From contig NW_024704743.1 in assembly GCF_018977255.1 (NCBI RefSeq), forward strand, positions 41,976,001 through 42,040,000: 64,000 nucleotides of DNA, given 5' to 3'. Position numbers and translations under genes: made by a program. Origin of the DNA: Callorhinchus milii (taxonomy: Eukaryota). This document shows positions 50,091 through 63,150 of this stretch, piece after piece (position 1 is the stretch's first letter; each line of letters begins with the position of its first letter). A model generated the notes under the pieces. The model was not told the origin of the DNA, searched no databases, and saw only the letters and a program-made list of their open reading frames with translations.

Positions 50091-51344
50091 TGTGCAGATA
50101 TTATTATCCCAGGTGGACGTGTAAGGAATAAACTGGTGTAAGAGAATCCAATGTTGTATTCTGAGCCCATTTAATTTGATGCCTGCTTTTTCTTGCGGCA
50201 CAGAGCCTAACTATTATTTTGCGGTCCTATATTTTCACGCAATTAAATTCCCTTAAGGATTGTGCTTGTCTATCCCATTTTATCAAAGATATATTTTGAT
50301 TTTTGTAGCCTGTTAAATTTTGCGCAAAGACATCCAAGTGCAAATATAACATAACTTAACGAGCCACAAAAATTACCAGTTATATAGTGATTCAATATTT
50401 AAATTGTGATTTGGGCATTCATCTATACACAATTATATTTCTTATTAATTCATGCCTCATTACCTGGTTCATAAGAGAGTTACTGTATAACATTTAGTTT
50501 GACCTCAGCATCAGTTACTGTTATAGGGCTTCTCTTGTTCAATGCAAATTTACGTAAAACCATAAGGATTGAACATTTTCTAAAGTCAATGTGATGATAA
50601 TTATATTAAATGTGTTATGAAATGTTGTATTTTTACCCCGAAAAATGTCCAGCCCATAAACAGACCCACAAGGTCCCACTGGTGTTTTGTCTCTTCGCAT
50701 GAGTCACCTAAACTAATCTCACTGCCTTGCTCATTCCATATTTCCATACACAACCCTTAAAATAAAGGTGAGTCTTACTTGTATGCCCCTTAGTCATGAG
50801 ATGGTACTGTTTGCTAATGGCATGAAGATAATGTCATGACACCATGATTCACCAAGAACATACACATTAGCACAATGGATAGATTCAATGTCAGTTGACT
50901 CAGTCTACGAGCTGACACGAACACTAACACTCACAGTCAAGGTAAAATCTTTATCAATTATTTTGCAGTATTTATTAATCCTTGGCAATAAAGAAACCAT
51001 ATTATAATGTTGAAGTTTGAATTGTGTCAAATAATAGCAATCATAGCATTGGGGACTATTAAAAATAGAGACTAACAATAAAATCCTAACTTCTACAAAT
51101 AAAGAATACTTTTTGATTTATCAGTTATAAATATTAAAGTAAAAATATATCCTGCAATTGAAAATGAATAAGCCTAACTATTAAAGATGAATATCAAATC
51201 AACTTCAGTTTTTTAGGTAAATTGAGAGCACCTATTTAGGATGCCCACTTTTCAAACAAATAGAGATTTGGACTTCAGATTACAGACAGGGACTATATAT
51301 ATTTCCCCATGTCCACTATTTTTCTAACACTAAGTATTCATTCC

Positions 51345-51735
51345 AAGTCTCTGGAATAGAGAGTTTTATATCCAAAATTGCAGACAACACAGAGTTAGGA
51401 GGCACAGTAAATTGTGTAGATGAGAGCAGGAAGTTACAAAGGAACTTAAACAGATTATGTGAGTGAGCAAAACTATGGCAGATGGAATTCAATGAAGGGC
51501 AGTGTGAGGTCATCCACTATGGATCCCAAAATAACATAATAGAATATTTTCCAAATGGTGAGAAACTAAGAACTGTGGAAGAACAAATGGATTTGGGTAT
51601 CCACGCACACAAATCACTAAAAACAAGCTCACAAATACAAAATGTTATCAAAAAGGCTAATCAGATATTGGCCTTTAGTTCAATGTGGCTGGAATTTAAA
51701 GGGGAGGAAATCATGCTACAACTGTATAGAGCCTG
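51345..51735 (+). mobile_element. CR1 RT C-terminal fragment
   Basis: IADNTELGG; WQMEFNEGQCEVIHYG...DLG...KKANQILAF. Confidence 0.88.
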
Positions 51736-51739
51736 TGGT

Positions 51740-52365
51740 CAACAAAAACAACAACAAAATTACATTTAGAGAGAGCATTTCACGTTGGGAGGACGTCCCA
51801 TGGCGCTGAACAGTCAGGTGTCAGGGCCTGAGCATGGGGGAGGGATGGTGTAGGCGTGAAGGAAGGCAGAGAGGTGGGAGGGCGACAAAAGGCATGATCA
51901 AAGAGAAGGGTCTTCAGACTGGCCGGCAAGGAAGGAAGCAAGGCGAAGGGACCGTGGGATGGAGTTCCAGAGTGTGGGGGCAGAGAGGCTGAAAGTTGTG
52001 ATGGGTCAAGGAAAGGTTTCTTCAAGGTGGGGTTGATAATGGTTGTTTTGAGGGGGGAAGTAACAGTGCCAGATGACAGAGAGAGGTTATTGATGTCGGT
52101 GAGTAGTGGGGCAAGGAGCTGGAGCTGGGATTTAAGGAGAGGGGTGGGGATGGGGTCCAGGGAGCAGGTGGTGGGCTTCATGGAGGTTATGATGTTGAAG
52201 ACAGCGGAGGAGTTGACAGGTTCAAAGGTGTGGAAGGAGGGATGGGTAATTGTTGAATAAGTAATTGTGTGGGGTGTGGGTAGGGAGGGGGTGAAAGTTG
52301 GGAAGGCAGTGGCAGCTGAACGGATTCCTTCGATTTTGGACTCAAGGAAGTCCAGCATTTTCCCT
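51740..52365 (-). mobile_element. L2 with internal deletion (pre-RT segment joined to 3' end)
   Basis: MKPTTCSLDPIPT...LKKPFLDP runs directly into LKTLLFDHAF and the 3' stem-loop. Confidence 0.88.
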
Positions 52366-55300
52366 TGAGTTTAGATGTTTGAGGGGTGATCTGATTGAGG
52401 TTTTTAAAATAATAAAGAGATTCGGTAGAGTAGAGTAATCCAGAACAAACTTAAAAAACAAACTTTAGCTTAAAATAACCTTTAGCGACACCCTTTATTT
52501 TCTGTGACAATTATTACTTCTCAGTCATGCCCTCATCTTTGTAGTTCTCACTTGGGCCACCAATACCCTTTAAACAATATTGCCCCTGTGTCACTTTTAC
52601 CCTGAACTCTCTTTCTGTGCCCTATCCCTCAGGTCTTTCAATATCCTTTGGCCTACTCCCTCATATCCTTAGTTTGTACCTACTCGCTTCCTTCTGGACC
52701 AGAAAGTCTCTCCTGCCCTTGTCCCCGGTACTTTTTCCCAGGATGTGATTCATGGCTGATCTCACGAATTCCCATCTTCTGGTTCTTAAATCTCTACACA
52801 GTGCAGCCTGCATCACAGACAGCCCATCAATCGTGCTGTGGCTCGCTCAAGCTATCCCAATGGGAGGGGAATAGGGAAGATATATTTATATAAAAACAAC
52901 AATGTGTTGTCTCAACTGGCCAGCCTAGGAAAATAATTGCTGTACCAGTGAGAAACTATGGTTGAATAGTTTGCCAATATTCACTGTCTCATCTCACATG
53001 TACAGTCACTTGGGTACGTCTGTAGAGTCCCGCTGGCTCCCATAACACAATACTAAAGCACAAGGCAACATCTGCACCAGAGGAGGAGAGAAACAATTGT
53101 TCCAGTTATATCCTGACAATTGTCATTCCTTTTGGAGTGTGGGCATAATGTGTGAGACAGGTATATCAGTACATGAACGGTTTATTAGTACAAAGACCTT
53201 CCCTCTTTATATGTCGGCCACAAAGAAACTGTACCAAAGCACATGATATATGGGTGTGGTAGCAAAATAGATCCAAAAGATTTGAGTCACAGGATATTGC
53301 AATGTTAATAGATTGCTGCCGTACACTGCACAAATTGTATGTTTATTTTTTGTCACTTGTGACAGTTAACAGAAAATAAACATATGTAAGAGTTTACATA
53401 AGTAAACTCAGCTCATTGGAGTGAAGCATGGTTTAAGTTGTAAAAGAAATTAATCTCATAGTATGAAAGTGACGGTCTACAAATAAGATGCCAGTCTTCC
53501 TCGTCAATCTGTCTGATTTTTTGGTTCATCGTGCTTTAATTGTCATTATTTAAGCCTTAGAAATAACTTTGATCTTCATTCTTTTGTCAGTTCAGACTGC
53601 CTTGTCCAGAGACAGAGATGAGCATGCTCAATTAATCCAGCCTTTCAAGAATACATTCATTATTTTATAATACTGTACTACAGATAGTGTGTTAGAAGTT
53701 GGTGCTTTACTTTTCCATATGATCTGGTAAAATACATTGCCCTAGAGACAGGGACCAGAGCTAAGTCTTAGGGACCCCAGAGTCTGCCTTAAAGTACTGT
53801 TGAAGTTTAAGCATTACTTTGAGAGGAGTGTCTGGCAAGCTTCCCGCTGCTTGTCCAACATTCAATTGCCATGAGTATGACCTTGGAGCAAAGCGACCTT
53901 GCTTACATTATTAGATTAGGTACATGGAGAAAGAGCAGGGAGGGCAGATGTTAGCGAAAAATGGAATGATCAGTGCTATCAAAGGCAGCAGCAAGATGGA
54001 GTAGGACAAGGAGGCAGAGGGAGTCCTTGTCACAAATGGAGAAAATGTAGTTGGTAACCTGTTAACCAAGAGAGTCACGATTTTGTGAGTGGGATGGAAG
54101 TTGGGTTGGTGGGATTTGTAGAGGGGGTGATGGGAGAAGAAAGAGGAAAATGGACATTAAATAATTTATTTATTATTCAACAATAGAATATAAAGACTGT
54201 CACTTGATTTCACAGTGCAATCTCTGCAATGTGTTTATCATTCATCATTTAAACCAACCTGATTCACAATCTTTTATGAATAAAATGGGAGGTTAGACTG
54301 GATAGTGGATCATCATCTGCTCATCCACCCACATTCACACATGCCTGAGTTGAGTTAAAGGACGAACATCTTCATAAATCTTGTGATAGCATTTAATACA
54401 GCCATCGCAGTCAAAAAAGGTGAACCTCAACCTCATTGATTTTGTCTCACTTAAACAACTTTAAAATGTATTAAATTACGATCATGATACAGATGAAGCA
54501 CTAAGAACAAATCACTCATCCTATGTGACCTACTCATACTGTTGCAGATCAGCAGCTGTACAGACAATTAAGATAAAAATATTCTCAGTGAATATAGGAA
54601 GCTAATTTAGACTAATCTCTACAGATGTGCGTGAAGTGCTTTGTGATCTCTAAATCTTACACCAGGCTGAAAATAGAGGTTTATTGCAAACCAAAAGTCC
54701 TTTCCTAACCATACAGAACTATCCTCAAGATTAGAACTCTGAAAATCCTTATGGTCTTATTTCTTCCTAGGAGTTATTGAAACTGAATTTATCAATTTTC
54801 CAAAACGTTACACATTCTTTCATTTTAAAGCTTAAGGCTAAGATGGTGTGATTTTTGAGGGTGACAGAATTTACAAAATACAGAAACAAAGTAATTGCTG
54901 TTGCTGCACAGTGTTCTTTTTAAAATGTTCTCGTCACATATTGGATATGAGGACTCCTTTCTCGAAATTCTAGACAGTAAAAGAATGAATTGTATTTTGT
55001 TAAAGGATGGAAAGCAATGATGGATTTGTCATCAATTCCACAATATCCAACCCCCTGTGGTTTCAATTTGATAACCCCAGGCTGCCATGGTGGTGAGACT
55101 GTGGTTTCTGGCACCAATTTGTCTGCTTCCGAGGAATGTTGATTCCTGCTTCTTGTGAAGCTTAATCACCAAACACGAAAACCCAATAGAAAGTGTCATC
55201 TGTAATTTGCTTTCCATTGATAGCTGAATTCCTAAGGATTTTGACCTAATGGAGTTCCTTTCCTGGCAGGTCTCCTGCTATTGCATCTATCAATTCTATT

Positions 55301-56267
55301 CAAAAACCTTTACTTTTGAACTCAAACAAAACCAATTGATTACTCCCCCACACCCCCACCTCCATATAGCCAAGTATCCAAGGATTACGGAGCACCTAAA
55401 GTTTAATCCGTACTGTGTGATAAAACATTAATAGTAATAATCCTTGCATTTATTATATAGCCTTTCACTTCGCCAAGCATTTCACAGGATTTATTATAAA
55501 ATGTAGTGACTGTGTACTTGATAGATGAACCAGTTAGCAATTCAGAAAGTAAGATTGAGTGAATATTTATTTTTAATCTAAACAAATGGTCTGTTTTTAC
55601 TCACTTCTCCCTGTGACTATCACACTATCAGACAGCAATCATCAGTCTGTCCAGTTCAGTTCCACTTGATAATGCATCTCAGGTGTTTTTCTAATCAGGC
55701 ATCTCATAGCAAGATGTAAATTGTGCACAGGGAAGCACAATTTTTTTCGTAACTATCTGTATTTTGCACTGCTTGAAATGTGATGTTGCGTAAATATCTG
55801 ATTATGTTGCTTGCTGCATGAGGGTTTGAATAGTGTTGGAAGAATAGTGCTTGCCATGCAACTTAATAATAAGCATTTACTTGTTTACTAAACCTGTCAA
55901 GTCTCACTCATGTGGAATGAAACTAATTCCTTTGGTTCTTTTAGTTTACAAATGTCACTTTGAGAAAGAAATGTAGTTCCATTGGGTTGATTCTCTGAAA
56001 GTCAGATATGCGTGGACCTTGACTGGGGAGACATTCTTACTCTCCTCCAGCTTGATAGCTATACGTTTGTCAAGGAGGACATTTCTGGACCAGCAGAGAA
56101 TAAGATGCTGTCACTTGCCAAGATCTGCAAATTTACCAATGTTGGGAGAATCACCAGTCAAGTATTTAAACAGCAATCTGTCTCCCTCTATTCCTTCATA
56201 AATCTCATTCCTTACACTTGCCTATTTCCACTTGCACATTCTGCTATATTGTGCTTAGCTTTCAGGT

Positions 56268-56800
56268 CAAGGTGGTCCAACATTTTGGCTGCTGAGGGCC
56301 GGATGTCGGATTTGAGAAACTTTGCGGGCTGCATAAACAATATTTTTTGTGTTTCACTTCCAAAAACATAACCCTTAAGAATCAAATAAAAATCCTATGT
56401 TTTAAATTGCGTAATCGTATTACTAAAATTTAACTATATTTTAGTGACAGTGCAACCTTCAAATAGTCAATGTAAAAATTCATACAAATTGTACAACAAT
56501 AATACGCTTTTACCAATAAAGTACATGTAAGCAAGAAATAATCATTAAACCCAGAATAAACAATAAAAGTGAAAGAAATAATTAAGTGAATTAAAATGCA
56601 CATAATTTAATACCCTAACCATGATCAAAATAATGATAACACTGTGGTAAATGGTTCTCTTGAACCAGATCTCCAAAGTCCTCAAATTTCTGCATCCACT
56701 TTGCATTTTTTACTGAGACTCATAATTGTTTAGTTTCAGAATTGCAAAATATACAGCATTACCATTATAAAATACTCCTACTGCATCTCTCTTCTCTTTG
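56268..56800 (+). mobile_element. hAT-like DNA transposon left end
   Basis: CAAGGTGGTCCAACATTTTGGCTGCTGAGGGCCGG...; homologous to the 26872 copy; right boundary uncertain. Confidence 0.5.
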
Positions 56801-56819
56801 TTCTCCTTGTCGTCTCTCA

Positions 56820-57435
56820 CAACAACAACAACTACAAGATTCCATTTATTGAGCGCCTTTCACGTCGGGAGGACGTCCCAAGGCGCTGGACAGTTGGGTC
56901 AGGACCTGAGCAGGGGGGAAATGGTCAGGGTGAGGGGAGGGAAGGGAGGGAGCGAGGAGGGGGTAGAGAGTCGAGAGGGGAGCTGAAGGCTCGGTCAAAG
57001 AGAAAGGTCTTGAGACCGGCCTTGAAGGAGGAAGCAAGTCGAAGGCACTGTGGGATGGAGTTCCAGAGCCTCGGGGCTGAGAAGCTGAAGGCCCGGCCAC
57101 CGATGGTAGGGCGGTTGGGGCGGGGGATGTGAAGCAGACCGGAGCCAGAGGAACGGAGGGTACGGGCAGGTAGATAAGGGGATAGTAGGTCGGAGAGGTA
57201 GGAGGGAGCAAGGCCGTGAATGGCCTTGTAGGTGAGGATTATGATTTTGAATTCGATCCTCTGGGGGATGGGGAGCCAGTGGAGGCGAGCGAGGGTGGGA
57301 GTGATGTGGTCCCGAAGCCTGGTACGGGACAGTACACGAGCTGCAGAGTTCTGAATGACCTGCAGCTTGTGGAGGGAGGTGCCGGGAAGGCCGGCGAGGA
57401 GAGAGTTCCCATAGTCCAGCCTTGAGGTGACAAGG
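56820..57435 (-). mobile_element. Young L2 3' fragment with open ORF2 C-terminus
   Basis: LVTSRLDYGNSLLAGLP...IQNSAARVL...LHWLPIPQRIEFKI...GRAFS..APRLWN; CpG-rich. Confidence 0.95.
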
Positions 57436-57964
57436 TTCACAAGGTTGTATGAGGCACGTGGCATGTCCTCCTGATGGAAAGGGGCTATAAGGATTATTTT
57501 TACTACAATAGTTTGTATATATTACCCTTCATGCGGAATAGCATCTCCGATCACTTATTATCCCATTGATTTGAATTGGAGTTCTGTTTTAGCTGCACTC
57601 ACGTGACTATTTTTGAAAGGGATTCGGCTTGTGGTGCAAAGATTTCCTCGGATGAATCTATTGTAATAAGGCTATAGGAAAAATCCTCTCTCTCCCCCAC
57701 ACCCCCATTGACACCCGATAAGCATCAATCCATGCTTTGCAGTTACATTAATGCAGATCTCAGAGACTTTCAATTCAGTTATGTAAAATAATAGCATTTC
57801 AGTGATGTCAACACATCACTTTGCTGTTATCTATTACAGTAAAACTCACATCAGTAATATCGGTCAGGACCATACACTTAATATGACTTATGCAAAGTGC
57901 GAATTGCAGGCAAACTGTACAAGTGATATAAAATCCAATTTAATCAATAATCAATACTGCACGT

Positions 57965-58232
57965 GAGTAATTCAATAAAGCCGGTAAGTTTGCATGCTGT
58001 GACTGGGCAAGACCACATTTCCTGCGAATCAACGTGCCTTGATCAGTCGCAGCGTGTACACTTACCTGCAAGCATTGGAATCAAATTGAATCAGGGGAAC
58101 TGAAGTTATCCTGCACGTGGGTCGATGGATCAAGATTACGTTTCCCACGGTTCAATGCAGCCGGCCAATAAGTGTGCGTGCATCAGGTCAGGATGTAATT
58201 TCCTGTGATTCAATGCAGCTGGTAAGTGTGGG
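57965..58232. repeat. Degenerate ~60-70 bp repeat units in both orientations
   Basis: Recurrent TTCAATGCAGCCGGTAAGTGTG...CAAG...TTTCCTG units; inverted pair at 57983-58011 and 58038-58066. Confidence 0.6.
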
Positions 58233-60213
58233 AGTAATGGTAGATAGTGGAGCTGCGTTTCGAGTTAGCAGATGATTAATTTGATTAGTGCAAACAAATC
58301 TATGTGGTTTTGATAGGAAATTGAATGGGACCTGAGTGAATGTACAACTTAGGTGATTATATGATATATAAAGAAAAGACTTATGCGAGTTTTACTGCAG
58401 TTGGAGACAAGTTTAGATGTTCCCAAAGGCTGGTTCAATTATATAAAAGGTATGTGTGTGTGGTATGTTTCCAACTCCAGCTTTCTTTGCTGACAGGCAA
58501 ATACTTTCTGACCTTTCTCTAAGTTCCTGTTACTCATTAACCATTCAGCAATTTTGTAATTGGATACAATGGGAAAGACTTAAAACAGGGAATTACAGGA
58601 AAATAACCCAAAAGGCAGATCACCAAAGCTTACCTAAAGTCTGCTGCTATTCGGAGCATAATACCATCGCTATGAAATATTTAAAACACAAACCTATGAT
58701 TCTTTCTGCTTCCGCACAAGCAATTTGACAAGCTGTGCTGGAAGCAGTGGCCATTATGTGAACAATTAATTCTTGTTTTCCTTAATGATGACTGTTTATT
58801 TTGGTCAGTCTGGAGAGTCTCTTCTGCTTTCCTGTACATTCCTGAAAAACATTCTTCCTTCTATCTCTGTCTCTGTGTGTATGTGTATGGCTCTCTGTCT
58901 GGCTTCTGTGCACACACACAATATTAATATCTGGTCAGCTCATTCATTTCAATAACCTGCTGAGGATGGAAGAAAAGAAATACATTTTCCTTTTTTCCAT
59001 TTTTCATATTGTGCTGACTGTAATGGGAGCTGTAACACTGGTGTCTTAGCAGCAATCAATCAGGTGAGATATTTTTCTAACGTTTCTGGAATTTTTTTTT
59101 GAGTACGGAGTACAAAAGCTGAGCTGCTCTGCCCCAGTACTGTACTATACTGATAGTAAGTTACCAAACTGGAGGCTCTCATTGATCGGGACTCCAAAGA
59201 GCATAAAAGGTAAGAGAGCCTGAGTGTCATGCTGGCCTGAAATTGTACAGTCAGGAAAAAGTTAAACTTTCCCAGGGTATAACTATAAACTGAGCCTCAG
59301 AAATAGCAAATAGTATTTGTGTAAATACAGTTCTGTATATCCTGGGCTTTTCATGGGGATTTACTATGACAAGGCCAATATAACCGAGATTGAGCTCCGC
59401 AATCCCAACCAGAATCATGCTGGAGTCTGGCCCAGTATAAGTGCAGAGGGTGCACATCTATTCACGTTCAGCTGTGATATGGTGCCTCAAAGGTTCTTGG
59501 GACACCTGACAGCATGAGAACTTTTAAGGCGCTTTTTTTTAGATGGGATGTTCCTGTATTCTTAACAATGCATTCACAGCCAGGAACAGATCAGAAAATA
59601 ACGGATTAGGCTACAAGTTGCCTTGAAGGTTTTGGCTTCCTATCTCTGTATGATCGATTGTTATGACATTCGCACCAGGTCTCACTGGAATAGTTCTAAG
59701 AATTTGTGCTCTGCTCAGAAGAGTATGTTAACTTATTTGCCATCATCACATGAAACACAAGAGCAGAAGACAAGGACTCTATTGCTACAACAAAAATTTG
59801 CATTTATTTGGCAGCTTCACACAGTGGAGTGTCTCAGAGTAATTGTTGACATATTCTCTCTTCCTAAATAAATAGCAAACCAGGATAGGCCTCCAAAATC
59901 TGATTTTATTCCAGTAGGTGCCATCTGAATATCAGAATGTAGTTGGGATATTGTTATCTGCTCTGGATACTTCAGATCCATTCCAAAAAGGAAACAACAA
60001 AAGAAGAACAATATACATTAAATTTTCTAAATGTACAAACACCACTTAATATAAAATCATAATATCAGACTTCTGCTAATAGTATCATAAGAACATAAGA
60101 AATAGGAGCAGGACTGGACACATATTTGCAGTGAATGTGGAAGCGCTGACCGGCACTGATTTTATGAACTCCAACCACCATATTATACCATTGCTCTACT
60201 GTAACTGTATCAG

Positions 60214-63150
60214 TTAAGAACATAAGAAGATAAGAAATAGGAGCAGGAGTAGCCATTAGGCCCCTCGAGCCTGCGCTGTCATTTAATAAGATCATTGCTT
60301 AGATCGTACCTCTCACACCGCCTGCACTACAGCTCCTCAAATGGCTTCTCCTCTAGCCACCAAATTATCTCGTCCGGAATTCCTCAGGGCTCTGTCCTTG
60401 GTCCCCTCCTCTTCAACATCTATATGCTCCCTCTTGGTGACATCATTCGCAGACATGGGGTCAACTTCCACATGTATACGGATGACATCCAACTCTACCT
60501 CTCTGCCTCCATCCTTGATTCCAGGACCACTGTTGTCCTGACAGAATGTCTGTCAGACATCGAGTCCTGGATAAGAACTAACTTTCTACAGTTGAATGTC
60601 AACAAGACCGAGGCTCTCCTGATTGACTCCCATCAGCGCCTCCTCACGTCAGGCACTGACAGCATCACCATCCATGGTTGCAAACTCAATCTTGCTAAGC
60701 CAGTCGGAACCTTGGGGTCTTGTTCGACCCTCGACTATTTTTTCTACCCCACATTCACGCCATGACCCACTCTGGCTTCCCCCACCTCCGCAACATCGCC
60801 CGGCTCGGACACTGTCTCACACCGCAGGCCGCCAAAACTCTCATACACACCTGCATTACATCAAGGCTCGACTATGCAAGCTTGCTCCGCAACACTTCCC
60901 TCCACAGGCTGCAGATCATCCAGAACTCTGCAGCCCATATCCTCTCCCGCACTAGGATCCGTGACCCTATCACCTCCATCTTTGCCCAACTCCACTGGCT
61001 TCCCATCACACAGAGGATACAGTTCAAGATCCTGGTCCTCACCTTCAAAGTCCTCCATGGTCTTGCTCCCCCCTACCTCTCTGACCTCCTAAATCCCTAA
61101 CATCCTGTTCACTCCCTCCGTTCAGCGGGCTCTGGCCTGCTTCATATCCCCCGCCTTGCTCACCCCACTATCAGCGGGCAGACCTACTGCCACTTTGTGC
61201 CCACCCTCTGGAACTACATCCTGCAGTCCCTCCATCTCGTCCCCTCCCTTGCCACCTTCAAGACCCATCTCAAGACCGTCCTCTTCAAACGTGCTTTCAA
61301 TCTCCTTGCTTGCCCCCCTGCCCTCCCCCCTCCCCCACCCCGACCCTCAGCTCAGGTCCATAACTCCGTCTGTTCAGAGCCTTGGGACATCCTCCCAATT
61401 GAAAAGCGCTATATAAATGTAATTTTGTTGTTTTTGTTGTTGCTGATCTACTAACTTAATTCTATTTAACTGCCCTATCCCCAAATCCCTTTATCCCTCT
61501 ATCCTTTAGAATTCTATCGATCTCAGTTTTGAATATATTCAATGACTGAGCATCCACAGACTTCTGGGGTAGAAAATTCCATAAATTCACTACCCTCTGA
61601 GTGAAGAAATGTTTTCTCAACTCGGTTCTAAAGGGCTGATCTTTAATCCTGAGCCTATGACCCCTAGTCTTTGATTCTCCAACCAGAGAAAAGAGTCTCA
61701 CACTATCTACCCTGTCAAGACCCTTACAAATCTTATAGGTTTCTATAAGATCATCTCTAATTCTTCTATATTCTATAGAATATAGGCCTAGTCTACTCAA
61801 CCTCTCCTCATAGGTCAACCCCTCATCCCAGGAACCAACCTAGTGAACCTATGTTGCACCTCATGTAAGGCGAGTATATTCTTTCTTAGATAAGGAGACA
61901 AAAACTGCACACAATATTCCAGGTGCGGTCTCACCAAGGCCCTACACAATTGTAGCAAACTTCCCTACTCTTGTACTCGAATCCCTTTACAATAACCGCT
62001 AACATGCTATTAGCCTTTCTAATTGCTTGCTGTACCTACATACTAACTTTCTGTGATTGGTGTACAAGGACACCTAAGTCCCTCTGAAAATTAACAGTAT
62101 CTTGTCTCTCCTTCTCTAGAAAATAATCTGCTTTTCTATTTTTTCTATCTAGGTGAATAATTTCACACTTCCTCACATTACACTCCATCTGCCACCTTCT
62201 TGCCCATTCACCTAACCTATCTATATCCCTTTGCATCCTCCTTGTGTTCTCCTCGCAGCTTACTTTCCCACCTAGCTTTGTATCAACCGTAAATTTAGAT
62301 ATATTAAGCTCTATTTCCTCATCTAAGTCACTGATGTAAACGGTTGAGGTCCAAGCACTGATCCTTGCGGCACTCCACTAGTCACAACCTGACAATCTGA
62401 GAAGGACCCGTTTATCCCTCCTCTCTGTCTTCTGACTGTTAACCACTCTTCGATCCACGCTAATATATTACCCTTAATTCCATGCGCCCTAATTTTATGT
62501 AACAACCTTTTATGTGGCACCTTGTCGAATGCTTCAGAAAATCCAAGTACACTATATCCACTGGTTCCCCCTATCTAACCTGTTAGTTACATTTTCAAAA
62601 AACTCTAAAAGATTTGTTAAACACAATTTCCCTTTCATAAAACCTATTACTCGGTCTGCCTATTCATATCATGACTTTCTAAGTGTCCCATCACAACGTC
62701 CCCAATTATAGACTCTAGAAATTTCCCTCCCACAGATGTCAGGCTAATTGGTCTATATATAGTACACCATTTTTTCTCTCCCACCCTTCTAAAATAGCGG
62801 TGTTACGTTTGTGATCTTCCAATCAACAGGAACCATTCCAGAATCCAGGGAATTCTGGAAGATCAAAAACAATACATCCACTATCTCTGCAGCCACCTCT
62901 TTTAAAACCCTAGGATGCAGGCCATCAGGTCCAGGGTACTTATCAATTTTTAGTTCCATCAATTTCTCTAATACTATTACTTTACTGATATTAATTTCTT
63001 TAAGTTACTCACTAACATTCGTCTCTTGGTTCCCCACTATTTTGGTAAGTTTTTAGCATCTTCCAACGTGAAGACAAGCAAAGTATTTGTTTAGTGACTC
63101 TGCCATTTCTTTATTCCCTATTATAATTTCTCCTGTCTCTGCCTGTAAGT
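60214..63150 (-). mobile_element. CR1 LINE ~1.8 kb (RT to 3' end) split by an L2
   Basis: PHKRLL..I.AHGI.G...WL..RRQR...[38 protein letters not shown]...FFTQRVVNLWN; TAAGAACATAAGA tail. Confidence 0.94.
60295..61443 (+). mobile_element. L2 LINE (RT to 3' end) nested in the CR1 3' UTR
   Basis: SYLSHR...[16 protein letters not shown]...YTDDIQLY...[11 protein letters not shown]; (TTG)n tail; TTGCT at both ends. Confidence 0.95.

Noticed and set aside
51780..52358. 192-aa ORF as an intact protein
   Set aside because: Chance fusion across an internal L2 deletion that removed the RT domain.
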